The notes under the pieces: generated by a model
What the model was told of the DNA's origin: nothing
Database searches by the model: none
What the model saw: the letters and a program-made list of their open reading frames with translations, nothing else
Part shown: positions 10,349 through 21,382 of the stretch, one piece after another
Position numbering within the stretch: the first letter of the stretch is position 1
Layout: every line of letters starts with the position of its first letter
NCBI GenBank assembly: GCA_003132525.1
Contig: PKXZ01000076.1
Coordinates: forward strand, 1,167-65,166
Direction of reading: 5' to 3'
DNA from: Candidatus Dormiibacterota bacterium
Lineage (GTDB): Bacteria > Chloroflexota > Dormibacteria > Aeolococcales > Aeolococcaceae
Length of the DNA: 64,000 nt
Position numbers and translations under genes: made by a program

Positions 10349-11233
10349 TCAGCGAGGCTGCGTGCCGAGCCTCACTGCCGTCAGCCGGACGACGTCCTCA
10401 ATCGTGTCGGCAATGTCCGCGCCGGCCGCCGTGAGCGCATCGAGCTTGCTCTGCGCGCTGCCGGTGTTGCCGCTGATGATCGCCCCGGCATGTCCCATCC
10501 GCTTGCCCGGCGGCGCGGTGCGCCCGGAGATGAACGCCACCACCGGCTTGTCGAAACCGGTCCCTCGAATCCAGGCTGCGGCGTTCTCCTCGTCGGATCC
10601 ACCGATCTCGCCGATCAGCACCACCGCGCGGGTCTCCGAATCGTCGGCGAAACGCTGCAGGACGTCGGGAAAGCTGAGCCCCATCACCGGGTCCCCACCG
10701 ATGCCGACCGACGTCGTCTGCCCCATACCACCCTGACCAAGCCCCTGAATGACCTCGTACGTGAGCGTTCCGCTCCGCCCAACAATCCCGACCGGTCCAG
10801 GGGTATTGATGTGATTGGGAATGATCCCGACCTTGCACTGACCAGGAGTCACGATCCCCGGGCAGTTGGCACCCAGCAGCTGATGCCCCGACCGAATCAC
10901 GAACTCCCGCGCCCGGATCATGTCCTGCACAGGAATGAGCTCGGTGATGCAGACCGTCAACTCGATCCCCGCGGCCGCCGATTCCATGATCGCGTCAGCA
11001 GCAAATGCCGGCGGCACAAAGATCCCGGAGACGTCAGCCCCCGTCGCAGCAACAGCATCAGCAACGGTGTCGAAGATCGGCACCCCCTCCTGATCCGTCC
11101 CGCCCTTCCCGGGCGAAACACCGGCGACGATATTGGTCCCAAACGCACGCATCTGAGCGGTATGGAAGCTTCCCTCGCGCCCGGTAATGCCCTGGATAAG
11201 CACGCGGCTGGACCGATCGACCAGCACGCTCAT
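10349..11233 (-). CDS. sucD: Succinyl-CoA synthetase alpha subunit
   Basis: CoA-binding and CoA-ligase domains ([10 protein letters not shown], active-site region GHAGAIISG). Confidence 0.92.
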   Translation of the reverse strand: MSVLVDRSSRVLIQGITGREGSFHTAQMRAFGTNIVAGVSPGKGGTDQEGVPIFDTVADAVAATGADVSGIFVPPAFAADAIMESAAAGIELTVCITELIPVQDMIRAREFVIRSGHQLLGANCPGIVTPGQCKVGIIPNHINTPGPVGIVGRSGTLTYEVIQGLGQGGMGQTTSVGIGGDPVMGLSFPDVLQRFADDSETRAVVLIGEIGGSDEENAAAWIRGTGFDKPVVAFISGRTAPPGKRMGHAGAIISGNTGSAQSKLDALTAAGADIADTIEDVVRLTAVRLGTQPR

Positions 11234-11429
11234 GAGGCGAGCCTGGAGGTGAGGGCATCAGTGGCCAGATGAACTACTACGCTGGCGAGGGCATGAACGG
11301 AGGAGGGCCGTCTCGGAGCCCGGGCTACTCCCCCGGGCGAGAGCGAGGGGCGGAACGGCGAAGGCGTTCCGACCCCGTGCCCACCGCAGTTCATGCCCTC
11401 GCCACCGTGTGTGCGGCGCAAGACGAACG
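11234..11429 (-). other. 196-nt sucC-sucD intercistronic spacer with a 16-bp long-range inverted repeat and an embedded 67-codon ORF that is ATGA-coupled at both ends
   Basis: The inverted-repeat arms tggcgagggcatgaac (11283-11298) and gttcatgccctcgcca (11389-11404) enclose a 90-nt loop that contains a ccggg/cccgg hairpin. The minus-strand ORF 11230..11433 starts ATGA on the sucC stop and ends TGA inside the sucD ATGAGC. Confidence 0.5.
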
Positions 11430-12617
11430 TCATGCGCTCCCTGCCCTGGTGAGTTGAACGATGGTCTCTGCGGCCCCGGTCGCCGTCTTGGCCGGCACGA
11501 TGCCGGCCTCCTCGAGCAGCTTTCGTCCTTCCTCTTCCATCGTGCCCGTCATGCGGACCACCAGCGGCTTGGTGATGTGCAGCTCGTCGCGCGCCGCGAT
11601 GATGCCGCGCGCGACCTCATCACCTCGCGTAATTCCCCCGAAGATGTTGATGAAGACTCCGCGCACCTTGGGGTCGAGAAGCACCATCTCGAGCGCGTTG
11701 TGCACGCGCTCAGCGTTGGCGCCGCCGCCGATGTCGAGGAAGTCGGCGGGCTCGCCGCCGTGCTGCTTGACGAGGTCGAGCGTGTTCATGGTCAGGCCGG
11801 CGCCGTTGCCGATGCAGCCGATGTCGCCATCGAGGTGGACGTAGGTCAGGCCGCGTTTGCGCGCCTCCACCTCGAACGGGTCGTCGCCGCTGCGGCCGTC
11901 ATCACCGGTCTCGTCGCGCGCGAGCTCCTCGGCGATGTCCTTGTGCCGGGAATCGGCGTTCTCGTCGATCTCGAGCTTGCCATCGGCGGCAACGAGATTT
12001 CCCTCGGGTGTCAGCACCAGCGGATTGATCTCGCAGGTCAAAGCGTCGAGTGAGGTGGCGACCTCATAGAGACGACTGGTCAGCCCGACGAGGCTGCTCA
12101 CCAGCTTCGGCACGCGGTCGTGCAGCTCGGGAGCGTGCTTGAGTCCGGCAAACGCCAGCCGGCGGATCTCGAACGGCTGCGGGCCGGCGAACGGGTCCGG
12201 CCAGAGCTTGGCGATCCGCTCGGGCGCCTCCTCGGCGACCTGCTCGATCTCCATCCCGCCCGCGGCGGAGAAGATGATCACAAGCCTCCGGCGGTCACGG
12301 TCGAGCGTGATGCCGAGATAGAGCTCGGCATCGATGCTCAGGCCGGTCTCGCACCAGACGCTGCGCACCGGGTAGCCGCGAATGTCCATCGCCAGGATGC
12401 GCGCGGCCTCTCGTTGCGCTTCCTCGGGTGTGTCCACGACCGCGATGCCGCCCGCCTTGCCCCGGCCTCCGATGGGCACCTGTGCCTTCACCGCGATGCG
12501 ACCGAGCTCACGAGCCGCAGCGGCCGCCTCCTCGGGGGTGCGCGCCAGCCGGCCCGGCGGTACCGGGATGCCGGCGGCGGCGAAACGCTGTTTCGCCTGG
12601 TACTCGAGGAGCTTCAT
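11430..12617 (-). CDS. sucC: Succinyl-CoA synthetase beta subunit
   Basis: ATP-grasp N-terminus ([10 protein letters not shown]..) and CoA-ligase C-terminus ([12 protein letters not shown]). Confidence 0.92.
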   Translation of the reverse strand: MKLLEYQAKQRFAAAGIPVPPGRLARTPEEAAAAARELGRIAVKAQVPIGGRGKAGGIAVVDTPEEAQREAARILAMDIRGYPVRSVWCETGLSIDAELYLGITLDRDRRRLVIIFSAAGGMEIEQVAEEAPERIAKLWPDPFAGPQPFEIRRLAFAGLKHAPELHDRVPKLVSSLVGLTSRLYEVATSLDALTCEINPLVLTPEGNLVAADGKLEIDENADSRHKDIAEELARDETGDDGRSGDDPFEVEARKRGLTYVHLDGDIGCIGNGAGLTMNTLDLVKQHGGEPADFLDIGGGANAERVHNALEMVLLDPKVRGVFINIFGGITRGDEVARGIIAARDELHITKPLVVRMTGTMEEEGRKLLEEAGIVPAKTATGAAETIVQLTRAGSA

Positions 12618-12648
12618 CGGCGGGCCAGTCTAGAGAAAGCGGTGTGGC

Positions 12649-13614
12649 TCATCGACGAGGAGCGATGCGATCGAGCTCCTCCAGGTCGGCCGCGCTCGGC
12701 CGCCAGTGGCCGGCTTGCGCGTTGGCTCGCACCTGCTCCGGCGATGTCGCCCCGGCGATGACTGAGACGACCTGCGGCTGGGCGGCGAGACCACCGATGG
12801 CGACATCGAGGATCGAGATGCCGCGCTCCTGGGCAAAGGCCTCGACCGCTTCGACGACGTCGAAGTTGGCGTCCGTCAGCCAACGGCTGGGGTTGGCGCC
12901 CGGGGCAGTTGCGAGACGCGTGCCCGGGACGGGCGGCTGGCCGCGCCGATGCTTGCCCGTGAGCAGGCCGTTGGCGAGCGGGCTGTACGGGATCATCGCC
13001 ACGTCGTAGTGGGCGCACGCCGGGATCACCTCTTCCTCGACCGAGCGATCGAGGAGGCTGTACGCGTTCTGCGCGGTCACGAACCGGGTGAGGCCGCGGG
13101 TTCGCGCCATCCAGTCCGCGTCGGCGATCTGCCAACCGGCCAGGTTCGACGAGCCGGCGCAGCGGATTTTGCCCTCGCTCACCAGTTCGGTGAGCGTCTC
13201 GAGGGTCTCCTCGATCGGGGTTACGGGATCCGGAGTGTGATGTTGGTAGAGGTCGATCCAGTCAGTGTCGAGCCGCCGAAGACTGTTCTCGATGGCCACG
13301 CGGATCCACGCTCGGGACCCGCCGCAGTCCGGGCCGCCGGACTTGTGCCCGAACTTGGACGCGATGACCACGTCCTCGCGCCGCCCCTTGAGCGCCGCGC
13401 CGAGCATCTCCTCGCTCTGCCCGCCACCATAGATGTCGGCAGTGTCGAAGAAGGTGATCCCCGCTTCGAGTGCTGCGTGCACCACGCGAGCCGCTCCCTC
13501 GGCGTCGAGCCGGCGGCCGAAGTTGTTGCAACCGAGTCCAACCACCGTGGCCTCGAGAGCCCCTCCGCCGATTGGTCGAGTCTCGAGGTCGCTCACGCCC
13601 GACAGAGTACGCAA
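12649..13614 (-). CDS. Aldo/keto reductase family oxidoreductase
   Basis: AKR (beta/alpha)8 barrel motifs (..FFDTADIYGGGQSEEMLG.., ..IASKFGH..). Confidence 0.85.
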   Translation of the reverse strand: MRTLSGVSDLETRPIGGGALEATVVGLGCNNFGRRLDAEGAARVVHAALEAGITFFDTADIYGGGQSEEMLGAALKGRREDVVIASKFGHKSGGPDCGGSRAWIRVAIENSLRRLDTDWIDLYQHHTPDPVTPIEETLETLTELVSEGKIRCAGSSNLAGWQIADADWMARTRGLTRFVTAQNAYSLLDRSVEEEVIPACAHYDVAMIPYSPLANGLLTGKHRRGQPPVPGTRLATAPGANPSRWLTDANFDVVEAVEAFAQERGISILDVAIGGLAAQPQVVSVIAGATSPEQVRANAQAGHWRPSAADLEELDRIAPRR

Positions 13615-13784
13615 AGCTCATCTCTCAGCAGCAGCCGGAGGCTGCTAGGCTGACCGCGTTGGCAGAGCGCGTCGTCGGGACTCCACCAGACCAAGATCCG
13701 GCGCCAGAGCCGGCCGAACCTCGAGCCGGGGACGCTTCCGACCGCGTTACCACCGAGCCACAGAAGACGTCACGTCGCGACGGC

Positions 13785-14897
13785 GTGAATGTGATCTCGG
13801 TGCGAACGCTCGTGACGGCGGCGCTGATCGTGCTCGGCATCGTGGCGCTGGTCGCGTTCCTGGCCACGATCATCAGCATCGTCCTGGTCGTGCTGGTCGC
13901 GATCGTGTTCGCCGAAGGGATACGACCGCTGGTGGACGAGCTCAAGGTGCGGCGCCTTCCGAGACCGGTCGGCATTCTTGTCGTCTACCTCGCGGTGCTC
14001 GCCTTCATCGCGATCATGGTGCTGCTCCTGGTGCAGCCGATCGTCAGCGAGGCGTCGTCGCTCGCCACCAATTTCCCGACATATCAGAAGGATTTTCTCA
14101 AGTGGTTCACCGGCGTGGAGCAGCAGTTTCACTTCAATGTCGACGTCGCGAAACAGGTGAGCACGGTCATCGACGCCACGCGCAACATCCTGTTCGCGAT
14201 CGGCGGCACGATCTTCAGCATCATCGTGGACTTCGTGCTGGTGCTCGTCGTCGGCTTCCTGTGGCTGGTGAGCAGCGACCGGCTCAAGGCGTTCGCGGTG
14301 GATCTCTTTCCCGAGCCACACCAGGACCTGGTGGTCGACATCTTTCGGGAGATGGGATTCCGGATGGGCGGCTTCCTGCGGGCAGTGGCGATCAACAGCC
14401 TGGCGCTCGGACTCGTGGTGGGAGTCGCGTGCTGGCTGCTTCGGCTTCCGGACCCGGTCCTCCTCGGCATCTTCGCCGGCCTCACCGCCGCGATCCCGAT
14501 GGTCGGGGGCATCATCGGCGTGGTGCCGGCGGTGCTGCTGGGATTCACCGTCAGCCCTGAATACCCGATCGTGGTGTTGATCGTTCTGATGGTGATCCAG
14601 CTCGTCGACGCGAACACGGTCGTGCCGATGGTGATGAACCGCGTCGTGTCCCTGCCGGCACTGGGAGTCGTGCTCGCGCTGCTGGTCGGCGGCGCGATCC
14701 AGGGGTTGATCGGAGCGATCCTCGCCGTGCCCGTCGCGGCCGCGCTCCAGGTGCTGCTCGTGCGTGCCGCGGTCCCGGCGATCCACCACGCCCAGGGTCG
14801 CACCGACCGGGCCTACGCGAAGGCGTACGTCCCGCTGTCCGCCGGCCTCAAGGACTCCGCCCCGCGCACGGGCGGGCGACGCGTCAATCCGCGCTGA
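13785..14897 (+). CDS. AI-2E family (PerM/UPF0118) transporter
   Basis: Eight hydrophobic helices and a conserved AI-2E C-terminal core (..GLTAAIPMVGGIIGVVPAVLLGF..). The start is uncertain: GTG at 13785 is proposed, while the listed ORF begins inside the divergent AKR gene. Confidence 0.7.
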   Translation: MNVISVRTLVTAALIVLGIVALVAFLATIISIVLVVLVAIVFAEGIRPLVDELKVRRLPRPVGILVVYLAVLAFIAIMVLLLVQPIVSEASSLATNFPTYQKDFLKWFTGVEQQFHFNVDVAKQVSTVIDATRNILFAIGGTIFSIIVDFVLVLVVGFLWLVSSDRLKAFAVDLFPEPHQDLVVDIFREMGFRMGGFLRAVAINSLALGLVVGVACWLLRLPDPVLLGIFAGLTAAIPMVGGIIGVVPAVLLGFTVSPEYPIVVLIVLMVIQLVDANTVVPMVMNRVVSLPALGVVLALLVGGAIQGLIGAILAVPVAAALQVLLVRAAVPAIHHAQGRTDRAYAKAYVPLSAGLKDSAPRTGGRRVNPR

Positions 14898-14900
14898 CCG

Positions 14901-16562
14901 TCAGAGCGGAATGTTGCCGTGCTTTCGCCGTGGTGTCTCAACGTGCTTGTCGCGCGCCATGCGCAGCGCTGCGATCAGCGCACCTCGCGTCTGCCGCGGC
15001 TCGATCACGTCGTCGACGTAGCCCCGCTCGGCCGCGTAGTACGGATTGGCGAACTGCTCGCGATACTCCTCGATCAGCTCGTCTGAACGCTGCTTCGGGT
15101 CGGCGGCCTGAGCGATCTCGCGCTTGAAGATCACGCTCACCGCACCCTGCGGCCCCATCACCGCGATCTCCGCGGTGGGCCACGCCACGTTGTAGTCGGC
15201 GCGGATGTGCTTGGAGCACATGACGTCGTACGCGCCGCCGTACGCCTTGCGCGTGATCACGGTGAGCTTCGGCACGGTCGCCTCGCAGTACGCGTAGAGC
15301 AGCTTGGCGCCGTGACGGATGATGCCGCCGTACTCCTGGTCGGTGCCGGGGAGGAAACCCGGCACGTCGACAAAGGTTACCAGCGGCACGTTGAACGAGT
15401 CGCAGAAGCGCACGAAGCGCGCCGCCTTGTTGGAGGCGGCGATGTCGAGCGCACCGGCAAGCACCCGTGGCTGATTGCCGACGACGCCGATGGGGTGACC
15501 GTCCAACCTCGCGAACCCGCAGATGATGTTCTCGGCGTGGTAGTGCATGACTTCGAGAAACCGCCCGTCGTCAACGACGCGCGTGACCACGCTGCGCATG
15601 TCGTACGGCTGGTTCGGGTTGTCTGGGATGATCGTCTGGAGCTCGGCGTCCTCGCGGTGCGGATCGTCGAGCGTGGGACGGTACGGCGGCTGCTCGCGGT
15701 TGTTCGGCGGGAGATATGAGAGCAGCTCGCGCATCTGTGCGAATGCCTCGTCCTCGGTGTCGGCGATGAAATGAGCGACGCCACTCCGCTGGTTGTGCAC
15801 ATCCGAGCCGCCGAGCTCCTCGAACGTCACCTCCTCGCCGGTGGTGACCTTGATGACATCCGGACCGGTGATGAACATGTACCCGACCTTGCGCACCATG
15901 AAGATGAAGTCGGTCATCGCGGGCGAGTACACGGCCCCGCCCGTGCACGGTCCGGCGATCAGCGACAGCTGCGGGATCACACCACTCGACGTCACGTTGC
16001 GATAGAAGATCTCCGCGTATCCCGCCAGCGAGACGACGCCCTCCTGGATACGCGCGCCACCCGAGTCATTGATACCGATGCACGGACAGCCGGTGCGCAG
16101 CGCGAGATCCATGATCTTGGTGACCTTCTCCGCGAACACCTCGCCGAGCGAGCCGCCGAACACGGACGCGTCATGGCTGAACACGAAGACCTGCCGGCCT
16201 CCGATCGTTCCCCAGCCGGTGATCACCCCGTCACCGCGGATCCTCCGATCGTCCATATCGAAGTTGGTCGTGCGGTGGAGCGCGAACATGTCGAGCTCGG
16301 TGAACGAGCCAGCATCGAGCATCCTGTCGATGCGCTCGCGCGCGGTGAGCTTGCCCTTGGCGTGCTGCGAGCGCTCCGCGGCACCGCCCCGATGCACGGC
16401 GTCGTAGCGCCGTTTACGAAGCAGGTTGATCTTCTTCCCAGTGCCGTCACGAGCGCTGCTCGACGAAGCTGCTTCGGTATCGAGCGGCACCGGAACGCCG
16501 GTGGGAACGACCGCATCGCTCGCCCCGGCGGGGGGAACGCCCTTGCGCGCCTGTCTGGTCAC
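14901..16562 (-). CDS. pccB: Propionyl-CoA carboxylase beta chain / methylmalonyl-CoA carboxyltransferase
   Basis: Carboxyltransferase N and C domains (..[22 protein letters not shown].., ..[14 protein letters not shown].., ..[11 protein letters not shown]..). Confidence 0.85.
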   Translation of the reverse strand: MTRQARKGVPPAGASDAVVPTGVPVPLDTEAASSSSARDGTGKKINLLRKRRYDAVHRGGAAERSQHAKGKLTARERIDRMLDAGSFTELDMFALHRTTNFDMDDRRIRGDGVITGWGTIGGRQVFVFSHDASVFGGSLGEVFAEKVTKIMDLALRTGCPCIGINDSGGARIQEGVVSLAGYAEIFYRNVTSSGVIPQLSLIAGPCTGGAVYSPAMTDFIFMVRKVGYMFITGPDVIKVTTGEEVTFEELGGSDVHNQRSGVAHFIADTEDEAFAQMRELLSYLPPNNREQPPYRPTLDDPHREDAELQTIIPDNPNQPYDMRSVVTRVVDDGRFLEVMHYHAENIICGFARLDGHPIGVVGNQPRVLAGALDIAASNKAARFVRFCDSFNVPLVTFVDVPGFLPGTDQEYGGIIRHGAKLLYAYCEATVPKLTVITRKAYGGAYDVMCSKHIRADYNVAWPTAEIAVMGPQGAVSVIFKREIAQAADPKQRSDELIEEYREQFANPYYAAERGYVDDVIEPRQTRGALIAALRMARDKHVETPRRKHGNIPL

Positions 16563-16599
16563 CGCGTCAGGCTACCAGGGAGCGCATGCGGCTTCGGGG

Positions 16600-18189
16600 T
16601 CATACCGTGACCGGCGGACGGTACGAGCCGAACACGTCGCGGAGCACACCACACACCTCGCCCACGGTCGCTCGAGCCTCCAACGCCGTGCGCATGAGCG
16701 GCAGCAGGTTGGCCGTTCCCTGAGCACCGGCTCGTAGCGCATCGAGCGCACGATCCACGTCGCCGCCCGATCGAGTGGCGCGCACCTGTGTGAGCCGCTC
16801 GATCTGCGCCGCTTCCAGGTCCGCGCCGATCTGCAGGATCGGCACTGTTGGCTGCGACGTCTCCGTGAACCGGTTCACACCGACGATGACCCGTTCGCCG
16901 GACTCGACGAGACGCTGGTGGCGATACGCCGATTCCTGTATCTGCTGCTGGTAGAAACCGGCCTCGATCGCTGCGACGGCGCCACCCTGCTCCTCGACGC
17001 GTGCCATGAGCGCCCGTGACTCCTCGATGAGGTCGTGCGTCAGCGTTTCGACGAGATGCGATCCGCCGAGCGGATCGGTAGCGCCGGCGACACCGGTCTC
17101 GTGGCCGATGACCTGCTGCGTGCGCAGCGCGATCTCTGCCGCCTGCTCCGACGGGAGCGCGAGCGCTTCGTCGTAGCTGTTCGTGTGCAGGGACTGCGCA
17201 CCGCCGCATACGGCGGCGAGCGCCTGCAGCGAGACGCGCACCACGTTGTTCAGTGGTTGCTGTGCAGTGAGTGTCGCTCCGCTCGTCTGCGCGTGGAATC
17301 GCAGTTGCAGGCTGCGTTCCCCCGATGCGCCGAAGTGCTCACGCATGACGTCCGCCCAGAGCGCCCGTGCAGCCCTGAACTTTGCAACCTCTTCGAAGAA
17401 GTCGTTGCTGACGTTGAAGAAAAAGCTGAGTCGCGGAGCGAAGTCCTCCACGTCGAGGCCCGCTTCAATTGCTGCCTGGACATAGGCGACGCCGTTGCTC
17501 AGCGTGAAGGCAATCTCCTGCGGGGCAGTCGCGCCCGCTTCGCGAATGTGGTAGCCGCTGATGCTGATCGTGTTCCAGCGAGGGAGATGCTCCGCGCAGT
17601 ACGCGAATGTATCGGTGACCAGCCGCATCGACGGGCGCGGCGGATAGATGTACGTGCCGCGCGCGGCGTATTCCTTGAGGATGTCGTTCTGGATCGTTCC
17701 GCCCAATGACGCGGCGTCGATCCCCTTGCGCTCGGCCGCAAGCTCGTAGAGCAGGAGCAGCACCGAGGCCGGCGCGTTGATGGTCATCGACGTCGTCACG
17801 CGGTCCTGAGGGATGCCGCGCATGAGCAGCTCCATGTCGTCGAGCGAGTCGATCGCGACGCCCACCTTGCCCACCTCGCCGTGGGCCACCGGGTCGTCGC
17901 TGTCGTATCCCATCTGGGTGGGCAGATCGAACGCCACCGAGAGCCCGCTCTGTCCGGCGCGCAGCAGGTACTGAAAGCGCTCGTTGGTCTGCTCGGCGCT
18001 TCCGAACCCCGCGTACTGGCGCATCGTCCAGAGCCGCGAGCGGTAGCCGTCGGCGCGGATGCCCCTCGTGTACGGGTACTCGCCAGGCGGCGGTGGCTCG
18101 TCCGGCTGATCGACGTAGAACGGTTCCAGCGGCAGGCCGGACTCCGTCTCATTGAGGTTGCCGGGTTCGGCGCCGGGACGGTCGCTCAC
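16600..18189 (-). CDS. Methylmalonyl-CoA mutase, catalytic (N-terminal TIM-barrel) subunit only; no B12-binding domain
   Basis: MCM catalytic-domain motifs (TMRQYAGF with the Tyr typical of MCM rather than ICM; [11 protein letters not shown]; [12 protein letters not shown]). About 529 aa from GTG 18189 after re-setting the start, and the product ends before any cobalamin-binding domain. GTGA overlap with the epimerase stop. The listed 683-aa ORF has a 154-codon Arg-rich extension over the epimerase gene that is an artifact. Confidence 0.85.
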   Translation of the reverse strand: MSDRPGAEPGNLNETESGLPLEPFYVDQPDEPPPPGEYPYTRGIRADGYRSRLWTMRQYAGFGSAEQTNERFQYLLRAGQSGLSVAFDLPTQMGYDSDDPVAHGEVGKVGVAIDSLDDMELLMRGIPQDRVTTSMTINAPASVLLLLYELAAERKGIDAASLGGTIQNDILKEYAARGTYIYPPRPSMRLVTDTFAYCAEHLPRWNTISISGYHIREAGATAPQEIAFTLSNGVAYVQAAIEAGLDVEDFAPRLSFFFNVSNDFFEEVAKFRAARALWADVMREHFGASGERSLQLRFHAQTSGATLTAQQPLNNVVRVSLQALAAVCGGAQSLHTNSYDEALALPSEQAAEIALRTQQVIGHETGVAGATDPLGGSHLVETLTHDLIEESRALMARVEEQGGAVAAIEAGFYQQQIQESAYRHQRLVESGERVIVGVNRFTETSQPTVPILQIGADLEAAQIERLTQVRATRSGGDVDRALDALRAGAQGTANLLPLMRTALEARATVGEVCGVLRDVFGSYRPPVTV

Positions 18190-18620
18190 GAGCGCGACCC
18201 GGCATTCTCCTGCTCTGACTGACACAGCTCCGTGAGCACCCCGCCAGCGGCCGAGGGATGGAGGAACGCCACGAGCCTGCCCCCCGCGCCCTGACGCGGG
18301 CAGGTGTCCAGGAGCTGCAGGCCGAGCGCGGCGAAGTGGTCGAGGCTGGCCTGAACGTCGTCGACCCCGTAGGCAACGTGATGCAGACCGCCGCCCCGCC
18401 GGGCCAGGAACCCCGCGATCTTCGACTCCGGCCCGGTGCTGCCGAGCAGCTCGATGCGCGACTCGCCGACGTCGAACATCACCGCCTCGATGCCTTCGCT
18501 GGCCACCACCTGCCGGTGCGCGGGGGGCGAGCCGGTGAGCCGCTCGTACACAGCGACCGCGAGATCGAGGTCGGCGACGGCGATGCCGACATGGTCGATC
18601 CTGGTGAATGCGCTCGCCAT
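18186..18620 (-). CDS. mce: Methylmalonyl-CoA epimerase (VOC/glyoxalase fold)
   Basis: About 144 aa ([19 protein letters not shown].. and ..LHHVAY..), placed directly 5' of the mutase. Confidence 0.8.
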   Translation of the reverse strand: MASAFTRIDHVGIAVADLDLAVAVYERLTGSPPAHRQVVASEGIEAVMFDVGESRIELLGSTGPESKIAGFLARRGGGLHHVAYGVDDVQASLDHFAALGLQLLDTCPRQGAGGRLVAFLHPSAAGGVLTELCQSEQENAGSRS

Positions 18621-18689
18621 CTTCGGCCGAGTATAGGAAGCAATACGGCAACGCCGCGTTCGCTTCCGGGAACTCGATGCTAGCGTCCA

Positions 18690-19967
18690 GTGGCCGTGAG
18701 AACCCGTCGCGCGGTCGCCATCGCGGCCGCCGTCAGCACCGTCCTTCTCGCGTATTACGCGATCGCCTGGGCCCAGGTGACCCCGCTGCGCGAACGAGGC
18801 ACCGATTTCTCCGCCTCATACGTGGCGGCACTTCTGGTGCGCAGCGGCGACGGCGGCGAGCTCTATGACCAGTCCGTCGAGCACGCGCGCCACCTGACCC
18901 TGCTTCCGGCCGGCACGGTCATCAACCTTCCATTCATCACCCCTCCGACGACAGCACTCCTGGCGCTGCCGCTCACGATGCTCGATCCGGGCACCGCGTT
19001 TCGGGTGTGGTCGCTGATCGAGCTCTTGCTCCTGGCCCTCGCAGTATGGGTGGCGATCCGCGCCGGCCCCTGGCCCACGGGAACCGGGCGATCAACTCGA
19101 ACGGCAACGCTGCTCATGGGGCTTGCCGCCGGCGGCACCTACGCGTTCCTGCTGCTGGGTCAGATCGACGGGATCGCCGCAATCGGTCTCGCGGTCGCCT
19201 ACGCCGCCTGGCGGAAGGAGCGGCCGGCGGCCGCTGGATTCTGGCTCGCGCTCGCCTTCGCCGCGACCAAGCCCCACCTCGCGATCGGGCTCGGCATCTG
19301 GCTGATCGCGAGGCGCGACTGGCGAGCGCTCGGCGGTGCGGTGGCCGGCTGTGCCGTCGTGGCCGTCGTGTCCCTGTACCTGGTCGGCCCGTCCGGACTC
19401 GCGGGATTCGTGTCCGCCCTGGGGTTCGCGGCAGGCAACACGCCGGGGGCGAGCACGCTCGGCATCCCCGGGCTGGTCGCGTCCTGGCTCGGGAGTGGAA
19501 CGGCCCCCGTGGTCATCGGGCTGGTGGGGTCGCTGATCGCGCTCGTGGGGTGCGCGATCCTGGGGTCGCGCTCGCGTGGGAATCCCGCAGCGCTGGGGCT
19601 CTCGCTCGCCGGTGCGGCAGCGCTCTCGCTGGCCGCATCCCCGCATCTTCTGCCCCACGACCTCGTGATCCTGGCGCCGGTATTCGCATGGTGCATGGCC
19701 CGCGCCGCGGCCACCGAGGCGGCATCCTGGCCGGGCCTCCTGAGCATTCGCGTGATGGCCGCGTGGGCGGCGCTGAGCGTGCTGACCCTTGTCGACACCG
19801 GCAATGCGTCCCCTGCGCCTCCTGGCAGGCTCGTGCCGCTGGCGCTGATCGGCATCGGGGTCGCGGCGCTGCGAATCCCGGCTGCGAGAACCGCGGCGGG
19901 ACGGCGGGCTCGAGTCGCCCTGGCTCAGTCCGGCGGGGGCAGCGGTGCCGGCGGGTCGACCGCGTAG
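18690..19967 (+). CDS. DUF2029 / GT87-like polytopic membrane glycosyltransferase (GT-C fold; putative polyprenyl-phosphate-mannose-dependent mannosyltransferase)
   Basis: Multi-TM protein. It is clearly a paralog of 38011..39286 ([25 protein letters not shown] vs DFTAFYVGGTLLREGHTGDLYDQSV; [18 protein letters not shown] vs KPHLALGLLAFLIGWRRR) and of 36717..37970. Confidence 0.6.
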   Translation: MAVRTRRAVAIAAAVSTVLLAYYAIAWAQVTPLRERGTDFSASYVAALLVRSGDGGELYDQSVEHARHLTLLPAGTVINLPFITPPTTALLALPLTMLDPGTAFRVWSLIELLLLALAVWVAIRAGPWPTGTGRSTRTATLLMGLAAGGTYAFLLLGQIDGIAAIGLAVAYAAWRKERPAAAGFWLALAFAATKPHLAIGLGIWLIARRDWRALGGAVAGCAVVAVVSLYLVGPSGLAGFVSALGFAAGNTPGASTLGIPGLVASWLGSGTAPVVIGLVGSLIALVGCAILGSRSRGNPAALGLSLAGAAALSLAASPHLLPHDLVILAPVFAWCMARAAATEAASWPGLLSIRVMAAWAALSVLTLVDTGNASPAPPGRLVPLALIGIGVAALRIPAARTAAGRRARVALAQSGGGSGAGGSTA

Positions 19968-20842
19968 TCGTAGAAGCCGCGGCCGCTCTTGCGGCCGAGC
20001 CGGCCCGCGCCAACCATCCGCTCGAGGATCGCGACGGTCGCGACATCGCCCGGAGCGTGATCGCGCTCCATGCGGTCCCGGCGGATCGTCAGGACCGTAT
20101 CGAGGCCGGAGAAGTCCGCCAGTTGAAATGGACCCATCGGCCAGTTGAGCCCCTTGCGGACCGCGATGTCGATGTCCTCCGCGGACGCGACGCCACCCTG
20201 GAGGAGCGAGAACGCCTCGCGCGAGGCGGATCCGAGGATCCGGTTGACGATGAAGCCATCGATCTCCTTCTCAACGACGATCGGCGTCCGGCCCATCCGT
20301 TTCGACCATGCAACCGCGCGAGCGCAGGTGTCGTCCGAGGTCTCAGGCCCGCGAACCACCTCGCACAGGTCCATGACCAGCACCGGGTGGAAGAAGTGCA
20401 TGTTGCAGCAGAGCTCTGGACGGGCCGTCGCGTCCGCGAGGCGCGACACCACGATGTTGCTCGAGTTGGTGGCGATGCCCGCGCGCGCCGGAAGGTGGGC
20501 GTCGAGCTCGGCAAAGATCTCCCGCTTGACCGAGGGCAACTCGACCACCGCTTCGATGGCCCACGCCGACTCCGCTGCCGCGCTTGCCAGGTCGGTGGTA
20601 GCCGTCACCCGGCTTGCCGCGGCGTCGGCCTCGGAGCGCTCCAGACGGCCTTTCTCGACCCGGCGATCGAGCCACTGACGGTTCGACGCCATGGCTCGCT
20701 GCAGATGCTCCGCATCGACGTCGACGAGCGAGACGTCGATCCCATTGAGGGCGGCCTGCTGAGCGATCTGCGCCCCCATGGTCCCGGCTCCGACGACGAG
20801 CAGGCGACCCTCATCACCCCTGCCGGCACGCCGGGGACTCAT
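19925..20842 (-). CDS. hbd: 3-hydroxybutyryl-CoA dehydrogenase (3-hydroxyacyl-CoA dehydrogenase family)
   Basis: NAD-binding VVGAGTMGAQIA plus the 3HCDH C-terminal domain. Confidence 0.85.
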   Translation of the reverse strand: MSPRRAGRGDEGRLLVVGAGTMGAQIAQQAALNGIDVSLVDVDAEHLQRAMASNRQWLDRRVEKGRLERSEADAAASRVTATTDLASAAAESAWAIEAVVELPSVKREIFAELDAHLPARAGIATNSSNIVVSRLADATARPELCCNMHFFHPVLVMDLCEVVRGPETSDDTCARAVAWSKRMGRTPIVVEKEIDGFIVNRILGSASREAFSLLQGGVASAEDIDIAVRKGLNWPMGPFQLADFSGLDTVLTIRRDRMERDHAPGDVATVAILERMVGAGRLGRKSGRGFYDYAVDPPAPLPPPD

Positions 20843-20846
20843 CCGC

Positions 20847-21281
20847 TCACGCCTCGTCCGGCCACCGGACCGGCACCCGAGTCGTGCAGTTGGTCAGCTC
20901 CTGCGAGGCCTTGGTATAGCGAACGATGGTCGGGAAGTCGCCTTTCAGCTTCAGCCGGCCGAGCATGATTCCCTTGGTGGCGTCGAGTTCCTTCTGCGCC
21001 ACCTGCTTCCAGCGCGAATAGGCGCCGGTGATGACGAACTTCGCCTGCTGGGCGTCTTCACGGGTGCCGACGCGGACGTCGCGGGCCTCGCCGTGCCAGA
21101 GATCGAGAAAGACACCTCGATCCTCGGGAAAATTCTTGTCGGGCTCGGCGAGCACGACCAGGCCGACGGTGCCCTCCCAACCTGCTGCCGCCTGCTTGTA
21201 CACCGGCGACTTGTTGATCTCGGCCTTGAAGGCCTCGGCCCATTCGGGACTGTACGCGTCGACCACTTCGGTGTCTGCCAC
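20847..21281 (-). CDS. SCP2 sterol-carrier-like domain protein
   Basis: SCP2 fold signature (..WHGEARDV.., ..GDFPTIVRYT..). Start re-set to GTG 21281, preceded by AAGGAGG. The listed 190-aa ORF carries an Arg-rich extension. Confidence 0.7.
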   Translation of the reverse strand: MADTEVVDAYSPEWAEAFKAEINKSPVYKQAAAGWEGTVGLVVLAEPDKNFPEDRGVFLDLWHGEARDVRVGTREDAQQAKFVITGAYSRWKQVAQKELDATKGIMLGRLKLKGDFPTIVRYTKASQELTNCTTRVPVRWPDEA

Positions 21282-21287
21282 TGCCTG

Positions 21288-21294
21288 CCTCCTT
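21288..21294 (-). promoter_or_regulatory. Shine-Dalgarno AAGGAGG, 6-7 nt upstream of the SCP2 GTG start
   Basis: Reverse complement of cctcctt at 21288-21294. Confidence 0.5.
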
Positions 21295-21382
21295 GGACGG
21301 GTACCCCGCTGCCGCCGGGCAGCCAAGTGTGCCCTGACCGCTCGCCGCTGCGCCACTGCCGTCGACGTGCCATCCTCTCCAC

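Noticed and set aside
11269-11457. Plus-strand 62-aa ORF in the sucC-sucD spacer.
   Set aside because: It is antisense to the operon and extends into the sucC coding region. The minus-strand ORF that is ATGA-coupled at both ends is the more parsimonious coding candidate, if anything in the spacer is translated.
13470-13784. Upstream 105 codons of the AI-2E transporter ORF.
   Set aside because: Overlaps the divergent AKR gene (12649..13614, minus strand) and is Arg/Pro-rich. The transporter's first TM helix begins just after GTG 13785. The true start could still be a nearby upstream TTG or GTG.
18190-18651. 154-codon N-terminal extension of the mutase ORF (listed 16600..18651).
   Set aside because: Arg-rich and overlaps the methylmalonyl-CoA epimerase gene in another frame. 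Mutase homology starts only at GTG 18189, which overlaps the epimerase stop.
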